64,000 nucleotides of DNA from Oscillospiraceae bacterium (GCA_015063645.1 SVTS01000003.1:6422-70421), one strand, 5' to 3'; shown: positions 1 to 9,988, numbered from the stretch's first letter. The notes: generated by a model not told the origin, from the letters alone. Numbers and translations: made by a program.

Positions 1-2167
1 AGCGGCAGGCGGAGAACTCTCCGAGCGCCGCCGCTACGTCAATTGGGATACCGGTACTGCCGGCGGATACATGATTCTGGAAGAAAACGGACGTCTCATC
101 CGCATTGAGCGGAATCTGAGCGTATCCGGCGTGGATGACGGAGCCAAGACCAAAGAAACCGTCAGAGAATCCGTCCGTATCTACGATATGGACGCGGACA
201 CGCTGATCCACCGGGGGGAGATTCCCGGCGAAGCCCTTCTCGGCGTGCCGGAGAACATCTTCATGAACACCGTATTCGTAAGACAGATCGACGGAACCCG
301 CCCGGCGGGCAGCAGCATTCTCTCCTCCATTGAGAATCTGCTCTTCTCCGCGGATGAAAGTGTCGGCACGGACAAGGCTCTGGCAAGCCTTGAGGAATCC
401 CGCCGGCAGCTGCTGCATAAAAACGGCGGCGGAGGTGCATTGTATGAAGCGAAAGCACGCCGTTCTGCCCTTGCGGCAGAATTGCAGACCGCACTCTCCC
501 AGGGGAATGCGCTTCTCGGCGCGGAAGAGGAGTTGTCTCAGGCGGATGAGGAATGCGCGCAGCTGGATGAGCAGATCAAAAAGCAGGAAAAAATCTGTGC
601 CTACGGTGAAATCAGTCTGCTGAAACGCCGTTTTGACACTCTGCACAGTGCCGGAAAAAAGCTCACTGCCATGCAGGAAGAAATCGCCGCAAAAAAACAG
701 TCCGGTGTGGACCGCGCCTATCTGGCACAGCTGGAGGAATGCGAAAAACACATCAGTGACTACACCATGATTCTGGATAAGCTGGATGCGGAAGAAACCA
801 CCGCCGGTGAGGAACTCCGCGCCGCCTCCGAAAAATCAGACAAAATCGAAGCGGAAACAGAGCGGGTGCTCACCCAGGCGGAAGGACTCCTCTCCCGGAT
901 CCGGAGCATGACGGCGGCAGCGCTGACCCTGTTCTTCTTCGCCATTCTCGCCGGAATCGGCGGATGGCTTCTGTCCATGCTGCATGTATCCATTTTTGCT
1001 GTGCCCATCGCCGCCGCGGCGGTGCTCGCCGCACTCGGCGTGCTCTGTCTCATCCTGCGCAGCCGCGCCGGAACGGAACTGGCAGATCTGCTCCGCGAAT
1101 GGGGTGCGGTCAGCACCGGTGATCTGGCAAAAGCCATTGCGGAAAGCATGGGCGGCAGCGCCGGCACATCTGCTTTGCAGATGAAAAAGTCTCAGCTGGA
1201 AGCAGCCGCATCAGATGCCCGTGCCAAACGCCGCGACGAAGTTCACCGTGCCTTTGTACTGGCAGAACGGGTAGTGGAAACGCCTGACACCCAATCCGAC
1301 GAGGATGACGAGCGGCAGGAAGCGGCGCTGGCTTCCCTGTCGGCAGCCCGGGAAGAAGCATCCCGCATCTGCGCCGAAACGGACGCCATGCAGAGAGAGG
1401 CGGATACTCTTGCCGGACGCCTGTCCCTGCTGAAAGAGCAGCTTTCCGGCAAGGACGAAGCCGCCATCCGCCGGGCATTCGCCGAAAATATCAAATCCGT
1501 GGAAGGACGCATCGCCTCCGGGCTGGATACTGCCCGTCTGGAAGCGGCACGCAGGGAGCTGCAGGACATGCAGGAAACCCGCCGCCGCTCCGTGGAGCGC
1601 CATCATCAGCTGGATACGCATGTTGCCGCATCCCGCGCCACGCAGATGTCCCCCGCCGCACTGGCTGAGGAGATCTCCCGGCTGGATGCCCGGATCGAAG
1701 AGATGACCGAGGAGCATGAGGCATGCTGTCTCGCCATCGAAACGCTGGAGCGGGCTTCCGCATCCATGCGCGCCGGTATTCTCCCCCAGATCGTCCAGCA
1801 GGCATGCGCCTCCGCCAACCGGATCAGTGACGGACGCTTTGAAGCTATCGGCATTGACCATTCCCTCTCCATGAGTTTCACCCGCGGCGGTCAGACCCGC
1901 GGCATTGAATATCTCTCCGAAGGCACGAAAGATCTGGCATACATCAGCCTGCGCCGTGCACTTTCCCAGGCGCTGTTCGGCAAAGCCTGCCCGCCGCTGA
2001 TCTATGACGAAAGTTTCGCCCGGGTAGACGAAAACCGGCTCGCCAGAATTCTGGATATGCTGAACACTCCCGACGACGGAAATTCCCAGAGTATCGTTCT
2101 CAGCTGCCGCCGTCTGGAGGCGGAGCTGGCATCGGAGAACGGCGGTGCCGCCGTCATCCGTCTGTAA
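1..2167 (+). CDS. YhaN/SbcC-like coiled-coil ATPase, 5' partial
   Basis: Frame is open from the window start. Long coiled coil with two central hydrophobic helices; C-terminal ABC signature LSEGT and Walker B PLIYDESF. Confidence 0.8.
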   Translation, partial: AAGGELSERRRYVNWDTGTAGGYMILEENGRLIRIERNLSVSGVDDGAKTKETVRESVRIYDMDADTLIHRGEIPGEALLGVPENIFMNTVFVRQIDGTRPAGSSILSSIENLLFSADESVGTDKALASLEESRRQLLHKNGGGGALYEAKARRSALAAELQTALSQGNALLGAEEELSQADEECAQLDEQIKKQEKICAYGEISLLKRRFDTLHSAGKKLTAMQEEIAAKKQSGVDRAYLAQLEECEKHISDYTMILDKLDAEETTAGEELRAASEKSDKIEAETERVLTQAEGLLSRIRSMTAAALTLFFFAILAGIGGWLLSMLHVSIFAVPIAAAAVLAALGVLCLILRSRAGTELADLLREWGAVSTGDLAKAIAESMGGSAGTSALQMKKSQLEAAASDARAKRRDEVHRAFVLAERVVETPDTQSDEDDERQEAALASLSAAREEASRICAETDAMQREADTLAGRLSLLKEQLSGKDEAAIRRAFAENIKSVEGRIASGLDTARLEAARRELQDMQETRRRSVERHHQLDTHVAASRATQMSPAALAEEISRLDARIEEMTEEHEACCLAIETLERASASMRAGILPQIVQQACASANRISDGRFEAIGIDHSLSMSFTRGGQTRGIEYLSEGTKDLAYISLRRALSQALFGKACPPLIYDESFARVDENRLARILDMLNTPDDGNSQSIVLSCRRLEAELASENGGAAVIRL

Positions 2168-2197
2168 TTCCCGCACAACTGAGGTAAAATCTCCCCT

Positions 2198-3760
2198 ATG
2201 AAATACTGGAACTATATAAAAAATCTTCTGCTCCCCGTGGCGATCTTCGGATCGCTTTCGGGGATCCTGACCGGTGCAGTTATCTCGCTGTACCGGTTCT
2301 GTGCTTCTCACGTCATCCATCTCTCCGGCGGAATATACGCGCATCTGCGCGCGCATCCGCTGTGGATCATCGCGGCAGTGGGCGTGATTGCTCTGGCCGC
2401 ACTTCTGTACAGCCGTGTATACCGGCACCTGCCTAACCTGCAGGGCGGAGGCATTCCTACCTCCATCGCGGCACTGCGCGGGCTGTCTCCCGTGCGGTGG
2501 ATATGCGATCTTCTCGGCGTATTTATCCTCTCGCTGGGAACATTCCTCCTCGGTGTTCCGCTGGGGAATGAAGGACCGTCCGTACAGATGGGTACCGCCA
2601 TCGGCGCAGGATGCGTCCGCACTATGGCAAAAAAACACCGGGCATGGAACCGTTATTCCATGACCGGCGGCGCCTGTGCCGGATTTGCCGCCGCAACCGG
2701 CGCGCCGATATCCGGCATCCTCTTCGCACTGGAGGATGCCCATCGGCGCCTTTCGCCCATGATCATCATGGCGGCTTTTTTCTCCGTTGTTTTCTCCTCT
2801 GTTACCTGTACCCTGCTGGCACCTGTTTTCGGAATCGACACCGCGCTGTTCTTCGTTCCATCCCTGCCCGTTCTCACACCGGGACAGATGTGGCTCCCCG
2901 CCCTCACCGGACTGGCTGTGGGGCTGTTCGCCGTGCTCTTTCTGAAATATTACGAACGGATCCGCCGTTTTATTAAGAAAACACTGCGCGATATTCCTCT
3001 CTTCTGCAAGCTGTTTGCGACTCTCCTTCTGACGCTTGGCGCCGGTCTTCTTGCGGATGATTTCATCTCCACAGGACATCACCTGATCGTGCATCTTCTG
3101 GACACAAGACTCCCGCTTCTGCTGCTTATTGCTATTATCCTGATCCGTGCAACGCTGACGCTGCTTGCCAACACCTCCGGTATGACCGGCGGACTGTTTC
3201 TGCCGATCATGGCGCTCGGCGCGGCTTTCTCCGCCATTCTGGCAGAGCTGGCGTCCGTGATTCCGGGAGGCGAGGCGTATCACAGTATCATTCTGACATT
3301 GGGCATCACCGCCTGCATCTCCGGCATGATGAAAACACCGATCACCGCCATCGCTTTCGCGGTAGAGGCACTGGGCTGTCACGAAAACATCATCCCCGTC
3401 ATCATCGCCGCCGCGCTTTCCTTTACTGTCACGGAGATCTTCCGCGTGGAATCCATCAATGAACGCGTTGTGGAATCCCGTCTGGAATCCCAGCGCCGCG
3501 GCATCACGCCGCAGGTTGTGGAGCGTGAAGTAACCGTCTCCCCCCAGGCATTTGCCATCGGGAAGCAAGTGCGCGATATCTTCTGGCCGAACAATCTCTT
3601 TGTTCTCTCCATCCGTCATTCTGCGGACAGCACCGCCATCGTATCGGAGAGCGAGGATCGATCCATCCGCACAGGCGATGTACTGCGGGTACGCTACACC
3701 ACCTATAATCCCGCTGCCACCGAGGCGGAACTGGAAGCAATCGTCGGTGAACAGCAATGA
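2198..3760 (+). CDS. ClC-family anion channel/antiporter with C-terminal TrkA-C/RCK-C domain
   Basis: GGGIP, GNEGP, GACAGFAA, APISG and GGLFLP motifs; many TM helices; C-terminal AIGKQVRDI..P..LFVLSI. Confidence 0.9.
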   Translation: MKYWNYIKNLLLPVAIFGSLSGILTGAVISLYRFCASHVIHLSGGIYAHLRAHPLWIIAAVGVIALAALLYSRVYRHLPNLQGGGIPTSIAALRGLSPVRWICDLLGVFILSLGTFLLGVPLGNEGPSVQMGTAIGAGCVRTMAKKHRAWNRYSMTGGACAGFAAATGAPISGILFALEDAHRRLSPMIIMAAFFSVVFSSVTCTLLAPVFGIDTALFFVPSLPVLTPGQMWLPALTGLAVGLFAVLFLKYYERIRRFIKKTLRDIPLFCKLFATLLLTLGAGLLADDFISTGHHLIVHLLDTRLPLLLLIAIILIRATLTLLANTSGMTGGLFLPIMALGAAFSAILAELASVIPGGEAYHSIILTLGITACISGMMKTPITAIAFAVEALGCHENIIPVIIAAALSFTVTEIFRVESINERVVESRLESQRRGITPQVVEREVTVSPQAFAIGKQVRDIFWPNNLFVLSIRHSADSTAIVSESEDRSIRTGDVLRVRYTTYNPAATEAELEAIVGEQQ

Positions 3761-4206
3761 AAAAAACATGGCTGTTTTATCTGCTCTCCTGCACATGGGG
3801 ACTGCCGATGACGCTGTGCGGTGCACTGGTTATCGGCATTCTCCGCCTGTGCGGACATCCCGTCCGCCGCTTCGGCGTTTGCCGCTATATCGAGATCGGC
3901 GAAAGATGGGGTGGGCTTGAATTGGGCATTTTCTTTCTGAAAGACAGAACTTCCTCCGCACACATCTGCATCCATGAATCGGGACACGCCGTTCAGAATA
4001 TTCTCTACGGTCCGCTGATGCCGTTTCTGGTCAGCATCCCCAGCGCGATCCGCTATCACATCCGCCGCATCGCCATCCGCCGCGGATACAGACCGCGCCG
4101 CCATTATGAGGATATATGGTTTGAGCGGCAGGCAACGGCATGGGGCATAAAATATTTCGGAAACCCAGAGCAGCCCCGGGAACAATCTTCCCCGCATTCC
4201 GTCTGA
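3757..4206 (+). CDS. Small membrane protein with HExxH (HESGH) zincin-like motif
   Basis: ATGA overlap with the ClC stop; IHESGHAVQ...WFERQA; hydrophobic N-terminus. Confidence 0.7.
   Translation: MKKTWLFYLLSCTWGLPMTLCGALVIGILRLCGHPVRRFGVCRYIEIGERWGGLELGIFFLKDRTSSAHICIHESGHAVQNILYGPLMPFLVSIPSAIRYHIRRIAIRRGYRPRRHYEDIWFERQATAWGIKYFGNPEQPREQSSPHSV
4179..4204 (+). promoter_or_regulatory. Possible ECF-sigma promoter (GGAAC-N16-CGTCT)
   Basis: GGAAC 4179-4183 and CGTC 4200-4203, upstream of the AGGAGG RBS of the 4237 gene. Confidence 0.4.
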
Positions 4207-4236
4207 ATACACATACAGCCGCACAGGAGGTACAAC

Positions 4237-5100
4237 ATGAAAAAACGCGTTATTCTGCTTGTCTCCGTGATTCTTCTTACCGCAGTTTTTACCCCGGCGG
4301 TTTTCGCCGACATGGGTCCCAAGGATTCTCTGACCGTATATCTGGAGAATCCGCCCGATGAACTGTATTATCTGGATCTGCTCTACGAAACCGATCGCGA
4401 TCAGGTTTATCCCAATCTATCGGAGGATGAACTCGCCTCGCTGGACAATGACATGCTGAATGCCATCCGGGAAAACAAATTCGGTCTCACCGCGGCGCTG
4501 ACAGACGGTACCGGCATCCCCACATTCGGTTCCCTGACGGGGAAATCGGACGGACTGTGCATGAAGCACACCTTCAGTTATTACGGTCTGCCGGACACAT
4601 ACCGGATCATCATCGTCACCGAAAGCGGCAGAGTTCATGTCTCCGAGGAATATACCCGCAAGGCGATGCAGAGCAGCATCACCTACGATTACCGCAGCGG
4701 CACGGCGGAAATTCCGCCGCTGTGGACACAGTATGCACTGCAGTTTCTGTACACATTTCTGATGACGCTCATAATCGAGGGCGCGATCTTTTTGCTGTCC
4801 CGATTCTCTCTGCGCCGCGATGGCGCTGTATTCCTCTGCGTGAATCTGATAACACAGATTGCGCTGAGTGTTTTCGTCGGTCATGCCATGATCATGGGCG
4901 GCTCGGTCAATTCATTTATCCGCCTTCTCATGTGTGAGCCGTTCATACTGATCGCGGAAAGCACGGCTTTCGCCTTTCTGATGAAAGATCACACCCGTGC
5001 CCGGCGCATCTGTTTCGGCATTACCGCCAATCTGGTCAGCTGGATTACCGGTATGCTGACAAACGGCATTCTGTATTCGATCATCGTGCGCATTGCGTAA
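4237..5100 (+). CDS. Hypothetical membrane protein (signal peptide, extracellular domain, ~4 C-terminal TM helices)
   Basis: AGGAGG RBS; signal peptide ending VFA-D; hydrophobic C-terminal half. Confidence 0.75.
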   Translation: MKKRVILLVSVILLTAVFTPAVFADMGPKDSLTVYLENPPDELYYLDLLYETDRDQVYPNLSEDELASLDNDMLNAIRENKFGLTAALTDGTGIPTFGSLTGKSDGLCMKHTFSYYGLPDTYRIIIVTESGRVHVSEEYTRKAMQSSITYDYRSGTAEIPPLWTQYALQFLYTFLMTLIIEGAIFLLSRFSLRRDGAVFLCVNLITQIALSVFVGHAMIMGGSVNSFIRLLMCEPFILIAESTAFAFLMKDHTRARRICFGITANLVSWITGMLTNGILYSIIVRIA

Positions 5101-5101
5101 C

Positions 5102-5136
5102 AAAACGGGAAGATACCACGTATCTTCCCGTTTTTT
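5102..5136 (+). terminator. Intrinsic terminator
   Basis: AAAACGGGAAGATAC-CAC-GTATCTTCCCGTTTT hairpin with T tract just after the stop. Confidence 0.85.
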
Positions 5137-5161
5137 ACTTCCCCGAAAAACCGATTCCGCA

Positions 5162-5190
5162 TTGTATTTCCGCACCAGATATGATATAAT
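5162..5190 (+). promoter_or_regulatory. sigmaA promoter of the rbfA operon
   Basis: TTGTAT, 17 bp spacer, TATAAT with extended -10 TG. Confidence 0.75.
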
Positions 5191-5224
5191 AGTAATATAT
5201 TTTTTCATCCGCAAGGAGGCAGTC

Positions 5225-5605
5225 ATGCCGAAATACAGAATCAACCGAATCAATGACAGCGTTGCTCAGGAGATTTCCCTGATCCTGCGTGACGTGAAAG
5301 ATCCCCGGGTCTCCGACGGAATGCTCACCGTCACCGGTGCTGATGTCAGCCCCGATCTCAAGTATGCCAAAATCTTCTACTCCAGCTTCACAGGCGATGA
5401 CAAGGAAACCCAGCGCGGTCTGCGTTCCGCCGCAGGATTCATCCGTTCTCAGCTGGCACACCGTCTGAATCTCCGCGTAACACCGGAGCTGACTTTCGTC
5501 TACGATCAGTCCGTCAGCCACGGCGCGCACATCGCCAAGCTGCTCCACGATATAGGCGCGTCTGAAAACAGCGCCCCGGAGGCGGAAGAAAATGACGGAG
5601 AATAA
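5225..5605 (+). CDS. rbfA: 30S ribosome-binding factor A
   Basis: AAGGAGG RBS; DPRV, VSPDLKYAKI, GFIRSQLA..LNLRVTPELTF.YD.S. Confidence 0.95.
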   Translation: MPKYRINRINDSVAQEISLILRDVKDPRVSDGMLTVTGADVSPDLKYAKIFYSSFTGDDKETQRGLRSAAGFIRSQLAHRLNLRVTPELTFVYDQSVSHGAHIAKLLHDIGASENSAPEAEENDGE

Positions 5606-6629
5606 TTTTCCCGCGCTGTCCCTTGGGGATGCCTCCCGCATCCTGCTTGACGCGGACAGTGCTCTGATATTCATCCATCGGAATCCCGACGGGGATGCGC
5701 TGGGCAGCAGCTTTGCCCTTGCGCAGATGCTGCGGCAAATGGGCAAGACCGCCCGGGTAGTATGCTGTGATGAAATTCCGCGGCGTCTGCGGTTCCTTCT
5801 GCGTGAGCAGGATGACTGCGCTTACACCGAGGGCATGGAAGGTGCCTTTGCACTTCTCTGCTCCGTGGACACCGCATCTCCCGCTCAGCTGGGCGGACTT
5901 TCCTCCATGGCAGAGAAAATTTCTCTGGCGATCGACCATCATGGCGCGAATGAGCCGTACTGTGCCAACTGCACCGTTCCCACTGCCGCCGCTGCCGGCG
6001 AGCTGATCTGCAATCTGTACCGGATGTGGACGGAGGCGGGACTGCTCCGACGTGATGCGGACATCTGCCGTCTGCTGTATGCCGCCATCGTTTCGGATAC
6101 AGGCAGTTTCAAATATTCCAATTCCACAAGAGACACGCTTCTCTGTGCCGCCGATCTGATGGGAGAGATCAACGCCGCAGATGACGGCGGCGACGATGTC
6201 GCCATGATCTGCCATCGGATTTTTGAATGCCGCACGCTGACGGAGCTGTACGCCCAGCGGGCGGGCATTGATGCGCTGCGCATCACCCACAACGGAGAAT
6301 TGGGCATCGTGCTCTTCACGCTTGAAATGATCAAAAATGCCGGCATCACCCAGGAGGATATCGGCAACATCGTCGGTCTTCCCCGCACGGTAGAAGGGGT
6401 AAAAGTCGCGCTTTCCGTAAAGCAGTCCGATGATGATCCCACGGTGTGGCGTGTAAGCTCCCGCGCCTCCTGCGATATCGACGTATCGGCAGTCTGCGCC
6501 TCCTTCGGCGGCGGCGGACACAAGCGTGCCGCAGGATGCACGATCACTGCACCGGATGCGGACACCGCATTCAGCATCGTTGCGGAGGCGTTCGGACGCG
6601 CGCTGGATGAAGCGGAGGCAGAGGCATGA
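5592..6629 (+). CDS. nrnA: DHH/DHHA1 phosphoesterase (NrnA-like nanoRNase/pAp phosphatase)
   Basis: HRNPDGDALGS, VD, IDHH, SDTGSF and GGGGHKRAAG motifs; position between rbfA and truB. Confidence 0.9.
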   Translation: MTENNFPALSLGDASRILLDADSALIFIHRNPDGDALGSSFALAQMLRQMGKTARVVCCDEIPRRLRFLLREQDDCAYTEGMEGAFALLCSVDTASPAQLGGLSSMAEKISLAIDHHGANEPYCANCTVPTAAAAGELICNLYRMWTEAGLLRRDADICRLLYAAIVSDTGSFKYSNSTRDTLLCAADLMGEINAADDGGDDVAMICHRIFECRTLTELYAQRAGIDALRITHNGELGIVLFTLEMIKNAGITQEDIGNIVGLPRTVEGVKVALSVKQSDDDPTVWRVSSRASCDIDVSAVCASFGGGGHKRAAGCTITAPDADTAFSIVAEAFGRALDEAEAEA

Positions 6630-7531
6630 GTGAATCTGCCGTCAGCGGCATTCTGATCGTCCATAAGCACGCGGGTGTCACCTCCAATGATATCGTGCAG
6701 AAACTCCGCCGTCTCTACGGAACAAGACAGGTGGGACACACCGGAACGCTGGATCCCATGGCAAGGGGCGTTCTGCCCGTCCTGATCGGCCGCGCAGTAA
6801 AAGCATCGGATTTCATCACGGCGGAAAACAAACGCTACACCGCCGAGATGAAGCTGGGGCTTGAAACGGATACGGAAGATATCACGGGCACCGTCCTGAA
6901 AGAATGCACACAGATTCCCGGTAAGGAGGCGGTTCTTGCCGCCTGTGCATCCTTCGTCGGCGACATTGAGCAGATTCCGCCCATGTACAGCGCGCTGAAA
7001 GTAGGCGGAAAGAAGCTGGTGAATCTCGCCAGAGAGGGGATCACCGTGGAGCGGCAGCCCCGTCCCATCACTATCTCCGCCCTGGATGCACAGCGGCTGA
7101 GCGAGGACATCTACCGTCTGGACGTGCGCTGTTCCAAAGGTACATATATCCGCACGCTGTGCGCCGATATCGGCAAATCACTGGGCTGCGGCGCGGTTAT
7201 GTCCGCACTGATACGGACGGAAAGCGGTCCGTTTTCCCTGGATCAGGCGTACACGATCGCCGATCTGGAAGCAATGACGGAAACAGAGCGGAATGAAAAG
7301 CTGCTGCCGCTGGAAACCTATTTTGAAAGCTGTCCGGCGATTCATCTGCCGGAATTCTATGCGCGGCTCGCCCGCAACGGATGCGAGATCTACCAGAGCA
7401 AAATCCGCACCGATATTCCCACCGGAACGCTGGTGCGGCTGTATCGTGGCAGTGAATTCTTCGCGCTGGGGCGCGCAGGCGATTATCCGGGCGGCAGTGC
7501 GCTCAAAGCCGTCAAAATCTTTTCGCTGTGA
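6626..7531 (+). CDS. truB: tRNA pseudouridine(55) synthase
   Basis: GHTGTLDP, QIPPMYSALKVGG and CSKGTYIRTL motifs. Confidence 0.95.
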   Translation: MSESAVSGILIVHKHAGVTSNDIVQKLRRLYGTRQVGHTGTLDPMARGVLPVLIGRAVKASDFITAENKRYTAEMKLGLETDTEDITGTVLKECTQIPGKEAVLAACASFVGDIEQIPPMYSALKVGGKKLVNLAREGITVERQPRPITISALDAQRLSEDIYRLDVRCSKGTYIRTLCADIGKSLGCGAVMSALIRTESGPFSLDQAYTIADLEAMTETERNEKLLPLETYFESCPAIHLPEFYARLARNGCEIYQSKIRTDIPTGTLVRLYRGSEFFALGRAGDYPGGSALKAVKIFSL

Positions 7532-7541
7532 GGTATCCTTT

Positions 7542-8117
7542 ATGATGCTTGATCTGATCAAGAAAAACCGGAGCTACCGCTCCTACAACAAGAGCCGTGC
7601 GGTCACGGAAGCTGAGCTCCGTTCCCTCGTGGAATGCGCCCGCTTCAGTGCCTCGGGCAACAACCGGCAGCTGCTGCGCTTTCTCCTTTGCGCATCTCCC
7701 GACAGAATGGCACAGATTCTCCCCTGTGTGAAGTGGGCTGCCGCCCTGCCCGACTGGCATCTGCCTCCGGATGGGCACGAGCCGCCTGCCGCCATTGTTC
7801 TGTGCCATGACACAACAGCCGCATCCGAGCCGCAGGCATCCGCGCGGGATGTGGGCATTGCCGCCCAGACGATTCTGCTTGCCGCCTCAGAAATGGGGCT
7901 GGGCGGATGCATGATCGCCAATTTTGCGCCCGCAAAACTGGCGGAGGCACTGGCACTGCCGGCACATCTGATTCCGGTACTGGTGATCGCCCTCGGCGAG
8001 CCGGATGAGGAGATCATTCTGGAAGACGCCGCAAAGGGCGGCAGTGTATCCTACTACCGTGACGAAAACGGCGTACATCATGTGCCGAAACGCACGCTGG
8101 ACGAGTTGATTATTTAA
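7542..8117 (+). CDS. Nitroreductase family protein
   Basis: RSYRSY, SASGNNRQ, DVGIAAQTILLAA.E.GLGGC and VPKR motifs. Confidence 0.9.
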   Translation: MMLDLIKKNRSYRSYNKSRAVTEAELRSLVECARFSASGNNRQLLRFLLCASPDRMAQILPCVKWAAALPDWHLPPDGHEPPAAIVLCHDTTAASEPQASARDVGIAAQTILLAASEMGLGGCMIANFAPAKLAEALALPAHLIPVLVIALGEPDEEIILEDAAKGGSVSYYRDENGVHHVPKRTLDELII

Positions 8118-8123
8118 AAACGG

Positions 8124-8172
8124 AATACTGCTGCCCACGGAGAAATATCTCTCCGCCGGCAGCAGTATTTTT
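8124..8172. terminator. Likely bidirectional terminator between convergent genes
   Basis: AATACTGCTGCC...GGCAGCAGTATT stem around an inner CGGAGA/TCTCCG stem. Confidence 0.7.
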
Positions 8173-8194
8173 CATTGGTATATATGGGTATGTT

Positions 8195-9016
8195 TCAGTC
8201 ATACAGGAATTCATAATCGGGCAGGGCTTTCCATTCCTCACTGTCAGTCAGTATCTGCGAGATCGCCTGACAGGTGCTGAGAAAGGTCTGCCCCTTATCG
8301 TTGTCCGATGTATAGGAAAGGGAGATATCTTCCGCCTTAACCGTACGCTCCGCGCCGCCTGCACGGACGGTAAGGATCAGCGTCATCGGCGGGCAGGACG
8401 CAAGGTCTTTATTGGGATTGTATTCCGCCGGATATGTATTCACATCCATTGCGCGGATATAACTGTAGATTCTTTCCAGCTGATCTGCTGGGAGTGTGTA
8501 TTCCGTAATATAGTCCTGCGGTCTGGTGGCATCTCCGGTTTTTACCAGTTTTCCCGACCGGCTGTCGTAGGAACTGATCCCGTAGACACCCCACCGCAGA
8601 GCGAAGGAAAAATCCTCCGGCATACTCTCCGGAAGAATCAGATTGACCTCTGTCTTCCAGCCCAGGCGGTTCAGAACTGCCCGTACATCATAGGAAACAT
8701 CCCCCACCGTACCGTCCTGCAGCTTGATCACCGCATAAACCCCGGTCTGACCGGGATAGGATTCGGCAATACCGTCATGCAGAACAAGAATTCTGTCCCC
8801 ATCCGAAAGATTGTCGAATAGTCCGTCCGCATCTGTGCGTACAGACATCCGAATCGGTGAACCGTCCATAATCAGCATGGGATTACCGCCTGCCATCAGA
8901 TACCGCCCGGCTGAAATGCCCATGGAGCGGCTGGTCATATACAGTACACTCCCGCCGACAAGCAGAAACAGTACAAGCACTGCACACAGCGGGATCATCC
9001 ATTTTTTATGTTTCAC
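8195..9016 (-). CDS. Membrane-anchored extracellular protein with DUF3221/YobA-like domain
   Basis: GTG start with GGAGG RBS; N-terminal TM; LSDGDRILVLHDGIAESYPGQ resembles the YobA ESYP.Q motif. Confidence 0.7.
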   Translation of the reverse strand: MKHKKWMIPLCAVLVLFLLVGGSVLYMTSRSMGISAGRYLMAGGNPMLIMDGSPIRMSVRTDADGLFDNLSDGDRILVLHDGIAESYPGQTGVYAVIKLQDGTVGDVSYDVRAVLNRLGWKTEVNLILPESMPEDFSFALRWGVYGISSYDSRSGKLVKTGDATRPQDYITEYTLPADQLERIYSYIRAMDVNTYPAEYNPNKDLASCPPMTLILTVRAGGAERTVKAEDISLSYTSDNDKGQTFLSTCQAISQILTDSEEWKALPDYEFLYD

Positions 9017-9053
9017 AGTCTTCCTCCTGTCATAATACGCTTATACCGTATAA

Positions 9054-9079
9054 CACGGATTTTTCCGGAAAACATTTCA
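9054..9079 (-). promoter_or_regulatory. Possible ECF-sigma promoter (TGAAAT-N16-CGTG)
   Basis: Resembles the TGAAAC-N16-CGTA ECF consensus, upstream of the 9016 start. Confidence 0.35.
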
Positions 9080-9108
9080 GTTCCCGCAAAAAAATATCCG
9101 AATAAAGC

Positions 9109-9140
9109 AAAAGGGATACCGTTCACACAACGGTATCCCT
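9109..9140 (-). terminator. Intrinsic terminator
   Basis: AGGGATACCGTT/AACGGTATCCCT 12-bp stem with U tract on the minus strand after the GDPD stop. Confidence 0.8.
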
Positions 9141-9144
9141 CAAA

Positions 9145-9987
9145 TCAGCCTTTCAATAGCTCATCCACATTCTCACAGATGAACCCGTCAAAATGCGGCG
9201 CGGCTTTCCGGTATTCCGCCACTTCCTTCACCGTCCAGGCGAAGGTGACCGCGCCCATTTTCCGGCAGAGACGCACCGGGAGAAATATCCCATACGGATG
9301 ACGCACCGCCACAAAATCCGGTCGGCAGAGGAAGTTCAGAAGCATATTCGTCAGCGCCCAGCCGAGAATACCTCGCTTTTCGCCGTCCTTGCGGTATTTC
9401 GTGGTGAGAATTCCCCGCATTACGTGGGGAGCCAGTTTCGCATATGCCCGCACGAGAAGCGGATTGAAGGACTCCACGCAGTACGCGCCGCGGTAATTTT
9501 CCAGAATCGGCATGGCGGCATCGCACAGGGAGGTATCTCCGCTCTCGCCTTTCAGTTCCACGATCAGCGGGACCCTGCCGTTCACCAGCTGCAGCACTTC
9601 ATGAAGCGTGGGAATCGTCTCGGCGGTACCGAGCAGGCGGCATTCCTTCAGCTGCGCCAGCGTCATCTCCTCCGGACGGCGGCTGTCGCGGCACATCCGT
9701 GCCAGCGTATTATCGTGGAACACCACCACTTCCCCGTCCGCGGTACGGTGGATATCCAGCTCGATCCCGATCCGACGGGACACAGCGCCGCGGAACGCCG
9801 CAAGGGAGTTCTCCGGAACGCGCTCATTATCGTACACGCCACGATGGGCATAGATCCGTCCGAGAAAGATTTTGTATGCTTTTTTCTTCTTTGCGCCGCC
9901 CCGCGGTGCGATCAGGCACAGATATGCGCCCAAAACGCATACCACGGCTGCCGCAAGAGCGATCAGCGAAAACATCCAGTCTTCCAT
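9145..9987 (-). CDS. Glycerophosphodiester phosphodiesterase with N-terminal membrane anchor
   Basis: AHRG, PENSLAAF, IELDI, VFHD and IVELK motifs; start ATG directly after the MFS stop. Confidence 0.9.
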   Translation of the reverse strand: MEDWMFSLIALAAAVVCVLGAYLCLIAPRGGAKKKKAYKIFLGRIYAHRGVYDNERVPENSLAAFRGAVSRRIGIELDIHRTADGEVVVFHDNTLARMCRDSRRPEEMTLAQLKECRLLGTAETIPTLHEVLQLVNGRVPLIVELKGESGDTSLCDAAMPILENYRGAYCVESFNPLLVRAYAKLAPHVMRGILTTKYRKDGEKRGILGWALTNMLLNFLCRPDFVAVRHPYGIFLPVRLCRKMGAVTFAWTVKEVAEYRKAAPHFDGFICENVDELLKG

Positions 9988-9988
9988 A

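Noticed and set aside
1-2167. YhaN-like ATPase as a possible defence system
   Set aside because: Typical chromosomal YhaN architecture; any partner nuclease would lie outside the window and the neighbours are not defence genes.
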